64,000 nucleotides of DNA, taken from contig CAIOPG010000007.1 of the NCBI GenBank assembly GCA_903860135.1, forward strand, positions 130,100 to 194,099. The letters are read 5' to 3'. This stretch comes from Candidatus Omnitrophota bacterium (GTDB lineage Bacteria; Omnitrophota; Gorgyraeia; Zapsychrales; Fredricksoniimonadaceae). Both the position numbers and the translations under genes were made by a program. The notes under the pieces are model-generated. The model saw only the letters and a list, made by a program, of their open reading frames with translations. It was not told the DNA's origin and searched no databases. Below, one piece after another: positions 1 to 8,414 of this stretch. How positions within the stretch are numbered: position 1 is the stretch's first letter; each line of letters opens with the position of its first letter.

Positions 1-165
1 GTGTATGTGAATGCGTCGACACGGTTCACTGATGGCTATGAATTTGGCCTGGGGGCCGAGGTCGGAATATCGACGGACAAATTGCATGTGCGTGGGCCCA
101 TGGGTCTAGAAGGCCTGACATCGTACAAGTATCAGGTTTACGGCAACGGACAGATTCGCGGATAG
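1..165 (+). CDS. 3' fragment of an unidentified upstream gene, truncated by the window edge
   Basis: Open frame 1 runs from the window edge to TAG at 163-165, ending ...[13 protein letters not shown]. No recognisable family. Confidence 0.3.
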   Translation: MYVNASTRFTDGYEFGLGAEVGISTDKLHVRGPMGLEGLTSYKYQVYGNGQIRG

Positions 166-174
166 AGGGTCACG

Positions 175-750
175 ATGACGAAAATAGCTCTTTTTGGCGG
201 AACGTTCGACCCTGTGCATATCGGGCATTTGCTGATGGCGCGTACAGCCCAGGAGGAGATGGGGTTCGACAAGATCGTCTTTATCCCCAGCTGCGTGCCG
301 CCGCACAAGCGTTCCACAACGCTCTTCTCCGTCGAGGATCGTATCGCGATGGTCCGGCTGGCGGTGGCGTATAATTCAGGATTTGAGGTTTCGGATTTTG
401 AGATCAGGAAGGGCGGGCGTTCGTATTCCATTGATACCGTCAGGCATTTCCGTGAGATCTATCCGGCTCCGGCAAAACTTTATTTTATTGTCGGCGGGGA
501 TGCGATCAACCAGATCCATGCCTGGAAAGATATCGAGCAGATCAAGCAGTTGTGTTCTTTTGTTTCCGTGAACCGTCCGGGGTATCCCCGAGGATTGGCG
601 CGGTTTAAATATCACGCCCTGTCCATGCACGGCATTGATATGTCATCGACGGAGATCCGTAAAAGGATCCAGCAGGGGCGCTCGATCCAGTACCTGGTTC
701 CCGAAAGCGTCCTGGGATACATCAGAGAACACCGGTTACCCAAGACCTAA
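175..750 (+). CDS. nadD: nicotinate-nucleotide adenylyltransferase
   Basis: LFGGTFDPVHIGHL nucleotidyltransferase motif, about 190 aa, ATG start. Confidence 0.9.
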   Translation: MTKIALFGGTFDPVHIGHLLMARTAQEEMGFDKIVFIPSCVPPHKRSTTLFSVEDRIAMVRLAVAYNSGFEVSDFEIRKGGRSYSIDTVRHFREIYPAPAKLYFIVGGDAINQIHAWKDIEQIKQLCSFVSVNRPGYPRGLARFKYHALSMHGIDMSSTEIRKRIQQGRSIQYLVPESVLGYIREHRLPKT

Positions 751-831
751 ACCCGAGGCGGGTTTTATCCACCCGCTTCCATAAAAACATAGAGACGCTT
801 CGTTGGAACGTCTCCTTCTAAGGAGTTCAAT

Positions 832-2259
832 ATGAGCCAAGACTTCAAGAGCGTCATCAAATTCGGTACTGACGGCTGGCGCGCGGTCATTGCGGACACG
901 TTCACCTTCGAGAATGTTGAATACCTTGCCCAGGCGCTGGCGGTATGGGTCAAGCAAGATGCCCGCCGCATTGCCGGTGAGCCTCTGCGTGTGGCCGTAG
1001 GGTATGATAACCGTTTCCTCTCCCGTCAGTTTTCCGAGACGACCGCGGTTGTGCTCGCGGCCAACGGGATCGAGGTTGTTTTATCCGACGCCTCCTTACC
1101 GACGCCGGCCTTGAGCCTTGCCGCCCGCGACCTGAAATGCGTGGCGGGTGTTGTGATCACGGCCAGCCATAATCCGCCGGAGTACAACGGGTTCAAGATC
1201 AAGACCGCCGAGGGTGGCGGGGCGGGCAAGAATATTACCGATGCTGTTGAAGGTTACTTGGGGCTTGAGCCTGTGCAAAAGCTTGATCTTGCCAAGTCAA
1301 TCGTCGACGGTAAGATCAAGGTTGTCGACCTGAAGAAGCCGTACCTGAAATTCATCAAAGGGTATGTAAATTTAAAGAAGATCAAACCCGCGAAATTCCG
1401 CGTGGTGCAGGATGTGATGCACGGTTCCGGCGGCACACTGCTGGCTGAGGTTCTGAAAGGGTCGAAGATCAGGCTCGAGCTTTTACGTTCCGACGTCAAC
1501 CCGGGGTTCAATGGGTGCCGCCCCGAGCCTCTGCCGCAGTATCTCGGCGGGCTTATCGCCAAGATGAAGAAAGAAAAGATCGACCTCGGGCTTGTGCTCG
1601 ACGGAGATGCTGACCGCGTGGCGGCGGTGCTCCCGGGCGGCGAATTCCTTTCGCCGCAGAAGATCCTCGCCTTGCTGGCGTTGCATTTGTACAAGAACAG
1701 GGGCATCAAGGGCGGGGTAGTGAAGACCATTTGCGGCACGATGATGATCGATAATATGTGTAAGGATCATGGCATCAAACTTTATGAAACACCGGTGGGG
1801 TTTAAATACATCTCCGACCTGATGATCAACGAACAGATCATCGCTGGCGGCGAAGAGGCCGGTGGTATGGGCCTGCCGAATTATATCCCCGAGCGCGACG
1901 GCATCTTGGCCGGCCTTCTGCTTCTGGAAATGATGGTCTATGAAAAAAAGAATATCGGCAAGATCCTCGCTGAAGTCGAAAAGAAATATGGCCGTTTTTA
2001 TTACGACAAGACCAGTATCAGCATGAAGTCGGTGGTCAAGACGCTTGATCCGGTCAAGAAGCTGGAGAAAGTCCTGGGGCAGAAAGTCATCGCCGTCAAA
2101 GATTACGACGGGGTGAAGCTTGAATTGGCCGATGATAGCTGGATCATGGTTCGCGCTTCCGGCACCGAGCCGATCCTGCGCGCTTACGCCGAGTCCAAAT
2201 CACCCAAGCGTACCAGGGAATTATTGAACTACGCCCTGGGATTGGCGAAGACATTGTAA
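832..2259 (+). CDS. phosphomannomutase/phosphoglucomutase (alpha-D-phosphohexomutase family)
   Basis: Active-site ITASHNPPEYNGFK and the GEESGH-like GGEEAGG loop; 475 aa. Confidence 0.85.
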   Translation: MSQDFKSVIKFGTDGWRAVIADTFTFENVEYLAQALAVWVKQDARRIAGEPLRVAVGYDNRFLSRQFSETTAVVLAANGIEVVLSDASLPTPALSLAARDLKCVAGVVITASHNPPEYNGFKIKTAEGGGAGKNITDAVEGYLGLEPVQKLDLAKSIVDGKIKVVDLKKPYLKFIKGYVNLKKIKPAKFRVVQDVMHGSGGTLLAEVLKGSKIRLELLRSDVNPGFNGCRPEPLPQYLGGLIAKMKKEKIDLGLVLDGDADRVAAVLPGGEFLSPQKILALLALHLYKNRGIKGGVVKTICGTMMIDNMCKDHGIKLYETPVGFKYISDLMINEQIIAGGEEAGGMGLPNYIPERDGILAGLLLLEMMVYEKKNIGKILAEVEKKYGRFYYDKTSISMKSVVKTLDPVKKLEKVLGQKVIAVKDYDGVKLELADDSWIMVRASGTEPILRAYAESKSPKRTRELLNYALGLAKTL

Positions 2260-2279
2260 AATTTATAGCAGTTGACGGT

Positions 2280-2308
2280 TTGACATTCAGCGCGTTATGT
2301 GCTATTTA
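2280..2308 (+). promoter_or_regulatory. sigma70-like promoter (TTGACA-17-TATTTA) serving the DUF4143 ATPase gene
   Basis: TTGACA at 2280-2285, a 17-nt spacer, TATTTA at 2303-2308; AGAGG Shine-Dalgarno at 2319-2323 ahead of ATG 2330. Confidence 0.45.
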
Positions 2309-2329
2309 TCATGATAAACAGAGGTGCAC

Positions 2330-3493
2330 ATGCTGAATAAAATATACTGTGAGCGGCGCATCGCAGGTAATTTGCTGGATTCTTCTAAAGAAAAAAGCCT
2401 TTTTCTGTTTGGCCCGCGGCAAACAGGCAAGACGTCACTGCTAAAGAAATTATTTCCGGTAGCGCCTTTCTATAATCTTCTTTTATCCGATGTTTTCTTC
2501 AGGCTCAGCCAGCGCCCTCAATTGATCAGGGAAGAAGTTTTTGCCGGAAAGATTGATCATGGTAAGCCCATTATCATTGACGAGATACAGAAATTGCCGG
2601 TTCTGTTGGACGAAGTGCATTATCTGATTGAAGAAAAAGGATGCCGTTTTATTCTAACCGGCAGTAGTTCCCGCAAATTAAGAAGGGGGGGGGCTAACCT
2701 TTTGGGTGGACGGGCCTGGACGCGTCAGCTTTTTCCTCTTGTCAGCTGTGAGATCAACGGGTTCGACCTTTCACGTGTCTTGAATTTCGGCGCGATTCCC
2801 TCCGTCTACTATTCATCCTCTCCCCGTGAAGACCTTGAATGGTATGCTGGCAATTATCTTAAGGAGGAGATCCAAGAAGAAAGGCTCGTGCGTAAGATAG
2901 AGAATTTCTCAAGGTTCTTGCAGTCGGCGGCACTCTATAGCGCGCAGTTGATCAATTTTTCAAATGTGGCCAGCGATTCTGGTATTCCGGCTAGGACGGT
3001 GGCGGAATATTTCTCGATCCTTGAAGAAACACTAATAGGAAACCTTCTTCCAGCATTCACAAAAACACATTACCGTAAGGCGGTGACGACCGGAAAGTTT
3101 TATTTCTTTGATGTGGGTGTCGCAAACTTTTTGGCTGGACGAGAGAATATCCGTCCCAAGACAGAGCTTTATGGCCATGTGCTGGAGCAGTTTATCTTTA
3201 CGGAGATAAAGGCGTTCCTGCATTATTCCAGGGATGCGCGTGTGTTGTCATTCTGGCGCTCCAAGTCTGGGTATGAGGTTGATTTCATGATAGGTGATGA
3301 AACCGCGATTGAAGTCAAGTCCGCTGACCTTGTAACAGAAAAACATTGCGCCGGTTTGAAGGCAATTAGCCAGGACTTGACGCTCAAGAGAAAAGTGATT
3401 GTTTCGCTGGATTCTTTGCCAAGAAGGATTGGCGATATTCATGTTTTTCCGGTGGATGTCTTTTTAAAAATGTTGTGGGCAGGAAAGTTTTAA
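2330..3493 (+). CDS. AAA+ ATPase of the AAA_14/DUF4143 family
   Basis: Walker A GPRQTGKTS, the ILTGSS...RKL segment and a DUF4143-like C-terminus. The ORF track starts at GTG 2324; ATG 2330 sits at a better distance from the SD. Lower GC than both flanks. Confidence 0.8.
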   Translation: MLNKIYCERRIAGNLLDSSKEKSLFLFGPRQTGKTSLLKKLFPVAPFYNLLLSDVFFRLSQRPQLIREEVFAGKIDHGKPIIIDEIQKLPVLLDEVHYLIEEKGCRFILTGSSSRKLRRGGANLLGGRAWTRQLFPLVSCEINGFDLSRVLNFGAIPSVYYSSSPREDLEWYAGNYLKEEIQEERLVRKIENFSRFLQSAALYSAQLINFSNVASDSGIPARTVAEYFSILEETLIGNLLPAFTKTHYRKAVTTGKFYFFDVGVANFLAGRENIRPKTELYGHVLEQFIFTEIKAFLHYSRDARVLSFWRSKSGYEVDFMIGDETAIEVKSADLVTEKHCAGLKAISQDLTLKRKVIVSLDSLPRRIGDIHVFPVDVFLKMLWAGKF

Positions 3494-3496
3494 AAT

Positions 3497-4096
3497 ATGT
3501 GCAGATTCTTCGGCATGATTTATTACTGGCTGATGACAGGCATGGCTGCTGTCGTCAGCCTTTTTTTCTATCCTTGCCGTGTCCGGGGGGCGGTTAATGT
3601 CCCGCGTTCGGGCGGGTTTATCCTGGCGTCGAATCATATCAGCAACATTGATCCGATCTTGTTGCCCGTTGTTTGCCCGCGCCAGATGCGGTTCATGGCC
3701 AAGGATTCCTTGTTCAGTCATCCCGTCCTTGGGGCGTTGATGCGTTGGGGCGGCGGGTTTCCTGTCAGGCGGGGACGGGCGGACAGGCAGGCGTTGGGTG
3801 AATTCCTGCGGCAGCTGGAACGCGGTTATCCGGTCCTTATTTTTCCGCAAGGCACGCGCGGCGGCGTAAAACCCCAGGCCGGTGTTGGTTTCCTGGCGGC
3901 TAGAAGCGGCAAGCCGGTCCTGCCCGTTTATATCGAAGGCACCGATCTGGTGCTCCCCAAAGGCAAGGCTTTTCCTCAACGCCATCCGGTCAGGGTTGTT
4001 TTCGGCAAGCCCCTGCTGTTTCTCTCGGAAGAATCCCCTGAAGTTATCGCTGAAAAGATCATGGCTGCTATTTTGGCGTTAAAAGATATCCATTGA
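3497..4096 (+). CDS. plsC: 1-acyl-sn-glycerol-3-phosphate acyltransferase
   Basis: NHISNIDP (HX4D) acyltransferase motif plus an FPQGTR-like block; 199 aa. Confidence 0.8.
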   Translation: MCRFFGMIYYWLMTGMAAVVSLFFYPCRVRGAVNVPRSGGFILASNHISNIDPILLPVVCPRQMRFMAKDSLFSHPVLGALMRWGGGFPVRRGRADRQALGEFLRQLERGYPVLIFPQGTRGGVKPQAGVGFLAARSGKPVLPVYIEGTDLVLPKGKAFPQRHPVRVVFGKPLLFLSEESPEVIAEKIMAAILALKDIH

Positions 4097-4207
4097 TCAA
4101 AGCTTCTTTCCAAGATCGCCATCTTTATACATAAGATCTGTTGCGGCTCCTTACAATCAGGGGGTAACGATCAATGGTATCATTCCCAAAAAATTTATCT
4201 CAGAATT

Positions 4208-4236
4208 TTGCATTAGTATAAATAATATTTTATACT
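4208..4236 (+). promoter_or_regulatory. sigma70-like promoter TTGCAT-17-TATACT ending 7 nt before ATG 4244
   Basis: TTGCAT at 4208-4213, a 17-nt spacer, TATACT at 4231-4236 inside an AT-rich spacer; no SD between the -10 and the ATG. Confidence 0.4.
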
Positions 4237-4243
4237 TATTACC

Positions 4244-6973
4244 ATGATCTCCGGACACTTCATCCATTACTGGCGCAGGGTTATCGTTGTCTTGCTTGTC
4301 GTAGCGTTCTTAGCGTGCGATGTGGCGCGATGGATGCCGCCCGTATCAGCGCAGGCGATCATGCCTGCCGCCGGCACGCGCATGGGCCTCACACCGGCGT
4401 TTAACCCGATGATCCTCAAGGGGATGAAGGTGTATGCCAAGGAGCCTTTTCGGTTTGATTTTATCCTCGACAAGGGGGATGAGGCTGTCAGGCGTGAGGG
4501 TTCCCTGCGCCTTGTCAAATATTTCCTTGCCGCCCTGACCGTTCCCGAGAAAGACCTTTGGGTGAATCTCAGCCCGTATGAACAAGACCGCATTGTGCCC
4601 GATGCCTTTGGCCAGACCGAAATGGGTCGTGATCTTCTGGCGCAGGACTATCTCCTGAAGCAAATCACCGCGAGCCTGATGTATCCCGAAGAGGGGGTGG
4701 GCAAGCAGTTCTGGGCCGAGATCTACCGCCAGGCGCAGGCCAAATTCGGTACAACAGATATCCCGGTCGACACCTTCAACAAAGTCTGGATCATGCCCGC
4801 CAAGGCTGTTGTCTACGAAAAGCCAAGGGCATCTGGCGACCCCCATCCCCAGGAAGCCGTCGCCTACGTCGTTGAATCCCGCCTCAAGGTCATGCTTGAA
4901 TCGGACTATGTGGCTATCGAGAACAACCGTTTGCCAACCAGGGGACATGTTGCGCCTTTTGTCAACGTGTCCCCAAGCCTGTTGCCTGCGCAAGCAACAG
5001 AGGGCACCGACATAACCAAAACCCTCATCCGCGACATCATCCTGCCCGTCCTCGAGAAGGAAGTTAACGAGGGACAAACTTTCGCTCAGCTCCGTCAGGT
5101 CTACAATTCCCTTATTCTTGCCGCCTGGTATAAAAAGAAAGTCATCGGATCCCTGCGCCAATCCCCGTTGGGTTTTTATCTCGACCAAAACAAAGTCGCC
5201 GGCGTTAACATCGATGACCCTAAAGAGAGCGAAAAGATCTGGGGTCGGTACGTCGCGTCGTTCAAGCAAGGCGCGTACAACTATATCCGCGACGAATACG
5301 ATCCAATGACAAAAGAAACGATCCCCCGGAAGTATTTTGCGGGCGGCGCCTTGTTTTCCGCATTAGATTTGGCCATGGTCAGCGGGATGGATGCGTCGCA
5401 AACAGTGTTACAGCAACCGTTAACTTATTTGCGTGTTAGAACGAATGGTGTCTTACTTAAAAAAGTAATGCCTTCTGAGGCCGCTTTTCAGGAGAAAGTT
5501 CGGGGGGTGTTGGGAGTACAATTTTCGAACCAAGAGATTGAGGTGAGGCTGGCCTTGTCAACCCCCAATCCGGTAATCCGCATTGATCATGCCACCGCAG
5601 TATCAGACGAAGAACGTGCGATGCCTGAAGGCATGGCCATTGCGGCGGACTCCATGGGGCGAGCGGCACTACTGCCTAATTTCTTGGACAGCCTGAATGC
5701 TATCAAACTTGACGCTGAGTTCACTGATCAGATACAGCGTATCAAGTTCAATGGGCACTCGATTTTTAGCCTCAAAGACGCCATTCTTATGTCACATAAG
5801 GAACAAAAGGTCCAGCGAGTCCGGTTCTTTTTTGAGCTATTAATGTACCAGGATAAAAAGAAAGAGGCTGTTTTTACGCCGATCGAAGCAGTTAAACTGG
5901 CAATATTATTTGGGCCTGATAGAAGAAATGGCGTCAAGGCGCAGGTGACCTGGTTCGTTGGGCAGGATGTTATCAATCACCAACAGTTCTGGAATATCAT
6001 GCGCCGGGGGTGGATCGGGGAGATTATGGCGTTGATCGCGCGTTGGCAGCTCCAAAGGAATGTTTTGTCGGCTCATGAACGAAAATTGGTGAGGTGGTAT
6101 ATTATCAATCGCGACACATTAAAGTTGACTGTGGACGACTTGGAAAATATAAAGAAGGAACAGGAGGCACAACGTGCGGTGTTAGTGATGCCAGGGCGAT
6201 TGACTGTAATGCCTGACACTGATGGCCAAACGGTTGATCTGCGGAATTTTATGGATAAGCTTGAAACAGCAGAAAAGGATCCCGTTCAATTTAAAGCGAT
6301 GTTATCACGCATGATGTTCGGCAATGAGAAATTATTGGAGGATAAGTTTTTCCCACGTATTTTAACATCAGAAAATCCCTTTGAGCGGGTGTTGTTCCTG
6401 ATCGAACTCATGGAATATAAAAATAATAGTAACGGTTTCATCTTTAATCTTCATTACGCTGTTTCGCTTTTGCTGGTATTTGGGCCGAAACCTAGACTGG
6501 AGATGTCGAAATGGGTGGCGTGGTTTAATAATCAGGATGCCCTGACAGTGCCACAGTTCTACGGACTTCTTCTCCGGAAGCAGTTTAGTACAGTAAAAGA
6601 CATTATTGATCATGTGAAGCGTTTGGGCTATCGCGTGTCGTCGCAGCATATTGAAAAGATGGTCGCCGCTATCAAAGCGTGGGATTTTGATAAAAAAGAT
6701 CCTTGGACCATAATAGAAGAAGGATTGTTGGCAGATGTGGCAAGGGACCAATCACCTACAGATCCAACATCGGCCACCGGCGGTATTGACCTTGCTCCTG
6801 GCATGGCATCCGTCGAGTCACGCGGCGACAGTGCTGGGGCGGTGTTTCAGTTTGATCCTGCCAGCTTGCACCAGATGGACGGAGCCGCAGGGCTTGATCC
6901 GGTCATCATCAGCATGGAGCCGATGAAAAGTGTTCCTGAATTTCTCGGGTTGAATCTGGCGACAACACCATGA
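4244..6973 (+). CDS. large (909 aa) membrane-anchored or exported hypothetical protein, family not recognised
   Basis: Continuous 2.7-kb ORF with an N-terminal hydrophobic segment VIVVLLVVAFLA. GC-rich ends flank an AT-rich middle section that carries an internal tandem repeat (LLMYQDKKK...WFVGQD / LMEYKNNSN...WFNNQD). Confidence 0.7.
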   Translation: MISGHFIHYWRRVIVVLLVVAFLACDVARWMPPVSAQAIMPAAGTRMGLTPAFNPMILKGMKVYAKEPFRFDFILDKGDEAVRREGSLRLVKYFLAALTVPEKDLWVNLSPYEQDRIVPDAFGQTEMGRDLLAQDYLLKQITASLMYPEEGVGKQFWAEIYRQAQAKFGTTDIPVDTFNKVWIMPAKAVVYEKPRASGDPHPQEAVAYVVESRLKVMLESDYVAIENNRLPTRGHVAPFVNVSPSLLPAQATEGTDITKTLIRDIILPVLEKEVNEGQTFAQLRQVYNSLILAAWYKKKVIGSLRQSPLGFYLDQNKVAGVNIDDPKESEKIWGRYVASFKQGAYNYIRDEYDPMTKETIPRKYFAGGALFSALDLAMVSGMDASQTVLQQPLTYLRVRTNGVLLKKVMPSEAAFQEKVRGVLGVQFSNQEIEVRLALSTPNPVIRIDHATAVSDEERAMPEGMAIAADSMGRAALLPNFLDSLNAIKLDAEFTDQIQRIKFNGHSIFSLKDAILMSHKEQKVQRVRFFFELLMYQDKKKEAVFTPIEAVKLAILFGPDRRNGVKAQVTWFVGQDVINHQQFWNIMRRGWIGEIMALIARWQLQRNVLSAHERKLVRWYIINRDTLKLTVDDLENIKKEQEAQRAVLVMPGRLTVMPDTDGQTVDLRNFMDKLETAEKDPVQFKAMLSRMMFGNEKLLEDKFFPRILTSENPFERVLFLIELMEYKNNSNGFIFNLHYAVSLLLVFGPKPRLEMSKWVAWFNNQDALTVPQFYGLLLRKQFSTVKDIIDHVKRLGYRVSSQHIEKMVAAIKAWDFDKKDPWTIIEEGLLADVARDQSPTDPTSATGGIDLAPGMASVESRGDSAGAVFQFDPASLHQMDGAAGLDPVIISMEPMKSVPEFLGLNLATTP

Positions 6974-7707
6974 GCTCTGATAATGACATTCCGCCCGTCA
7001 TTTCCTGGGATAGTTCGGGCGCGCCGCATGCGGAGGCTTTTGGTGATAAATATTTTTGTACCGAAGCTGGTTACGCCGAGGCCGTGCATGTGGGATGCGG
7101 CGGGAACCGGTTACGCGCACGTTTTCTGGCGCTCGATGCGTCTGCTCCCGGCATCTTCACCATTGTAGAAACAGGCTTTGGCACCGGGCTTGATTTTTGC
7201 TGTGCCTGGGAACTTTGGCGGGCATGCGCGCCGCGTTCGTGGCACCTGAATTTTGTATCGCTCGAACGCTACCCGCTCGCACCGGCACAGCTTGACCGCG
7301 CCCTGGCCTGCTGGGATAACCTTGCTTTTGCCCGTGAGGCACTGGCGGCTCAATATGAACCGGTGTCCGGCGGTATTATGAAGAATAACTTTGAGGCAGG
7401 GCGCGTCCAGCTGACCGTTGTGTTTGACGATGTTGTTGTGGCCCTTCAACGCATCAAAACCGAAGTGCTCGCTCCTCAAGGTGCCGATGCTTTCTACCTG
7501 GATGGCTTTGCCCCGTCGCTCAATCCGGCCATGTGGACCGATGAGGTTTTCCGGGGCATGGCGGCTTTGAGCCGTCCGGGCACCACGTTTTCCACTTTTA
7601 CTGTTGCCGGTTTCGTCCGGCGCGGCCTCCAGTCTGCCGGCTTCACGGTCACCAAAATTCCTGGCCATGGCCGCAAGAAACATATCCTTGCCGGGGTTTT
7701 CATTTGA
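6970..7707 (+). CDS. mnmC: stand-alone MnmC methyltransferase domain (MnmC2/DUF752; tRNA mnm5s2U34 methyltransferase)
   Basis: Collinear with the E. coli MnmC N-terminal domain: VETGFGTGLDF, FYLDGFAP..NP.MWT, FSTFTVAGFVRRGLQSAGF, GHGRKKHILAG. No FAD oxidase domain. ATGA overlap with the upstream gene. Confidence 0.8.
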   Translation: MSSDNDIPPVISWDSSGAPHAEAFGDKYFCTEAGYAEAVHVGCGGNRLRARFLALDASAPGIFTIVETGFGTGLDFCCAWELWRACAPRSWHLNFVSLERYPLAPAQLDRALACWDNLAFAREALAAQYEPVSGGIMKNNFEAGRVQLTVVFDDVVVALQRIKTEVLAPQGADAFYLDGFAPSLNPAMWTDEVFRGMAALSRPGTTFSTFTVAGFVRRGLQSAGFTVTKIPGHGRKKHILAGVFI

Positions 7708-7708
7708 C

Positions 7709-7737
7709 TTGACAAGTATGTACCAATCATACATACT
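7709..7737 (+). promoter_or_regulatory. vapBC promoter with an embedded perfect inverted repeat, a putative operator
   Basis: TTGACA at 7709-7714. AGTATGTA (7715-7722), 7 nt, TACATACT (7730-7737) is an 8-bp perfect palindrome that fills the spacer and overlaps the -10 CATACT. Confidence 0.45.
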
Positions 7738-7744
7738 TATACAT

Positions 7745-7948
7745 ATGAAAACTACTTTAAATATCTCAGATGAAATGCTTCACAGGGCGCAGGAGATGAC
7801 CGGTGTCATGGAAAAAACATCGTTGGTGCATATGGGGCTAGAGGCATTGATCGCGCGCGCGTCTTTTCAGCGGCTGGCGAAGCTTGGAGGTTCGCAACCG
7901 GGATTGCGTATTCCTCCCCGGCGCAGGAGTGCACATGGTTCTCGTTGA
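7745..7948 (+). CDS. vapB: type II antitoxin, VapB family (DUF2191-like)
   Basis: MKTTLNISDEMLHRAQEMTG...LAKLGGSQP, 67 aa; overlaps the downstream PIN gene by 14 nt. Confidence 0.75.
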   Translation: MKTTLNISDEMLHRAQEMTGVMEKTSLVHMGLEALIARASFQRLAKLGGSQPGLRIPPRRRSAHGSR

Positions 7949-8297
7949 TACGTCGGTCTGGGTGGATCATTTTCGTTACACAGAGCCGCGACTCCAGGTT
8001 TTATTAGATGCTGGAGATGTTTTAATGCATCCATGGGTGATCGCAGAACTTGCCTGCGGCAACCTCAAAGATCGGAGGCTTGTGCTTGGGCTTCTTCATG
8101 ATCTGCCTTGCGCGCGGGGCGTTACTCAAGAGGAATTGTATTATTTCATTGAACATCATAAGCTTTTTGGGCATGGCGTAGGTGTAGTTGATATACATCT
8201 GCTGGCTTCTTCATTATTAGCAGGGGTTCCGTTATGGACCAAAGATATTCCTCTTCAACGGATCGCTCAAAGATTGTCAGGTTTTCCTGCCACGTAA
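7935..8297 (+). CDS. vapC: PIN-domain ribonuclease toxin VapC
   Basis: MVLVDTSVWVDHFR PIN N-terminus, about 120 aa, translationally coupled to vapB. Confidence 0.8.
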   Translation: MVLVDTSVWVDHFRYTEPRLQVLLDAGDVLMHPWVIAELACGNLKDRRLVLGLLHDLPCARGVTQEELYYFIEHHKLFGHGVGVVDIHLLASSLLAGVPLWTKDIPLQRIAQRLSGFPAT

Positions 8298-8304
8298 ATT
8301 TTCG

Positions 8305-8332
8305 TTGACAAAAAAGGGTGTTTCAGGATAAT
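8305..8332 (+). promoter_or_regulatory. sigma70-like promoter upstream of rpsA (TTGACA-16-GATAAT)
   Basis: TTGACA at 8305-8310 and GATAAT at 8327-8332. Confidence 0.4.
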
Positions 8333-8414
8333 TGATAAACTTACCCAAGGCAGAGAGGCTGTCATCTGGGCGGGAAACGTTAACACCTTAACCCTGCAGT
8401 GAAGGAAATACCCC

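Noticed and set aside
790-815. Hairpin GAGACG-N11-CGTCTC between nadD and the pgm-like gene as a terminator
   Set aside because: There is no clean U-tract, and the downstream gene's SD follows immediately. It may only be mRNA structure, so it was not listed as a feature.
4346-5269. 307-aa minus-strand ORF
   Set aside because: It lies entirely antisense to the GC-rich N-terminal part of the 909-aa plus-strand gene and has no start or SD context. Long spurious antisense ORFs are expected in GC-rich coding DNA.
7604-7948. 114-aa ORF-track call upstream of vapC
   Set aside because: Its 5' part is antisense-free but overlaps the mnmC2 3' end and the promoter. The VapB-homologous part begins at ATG 7745, which is what was annotated.
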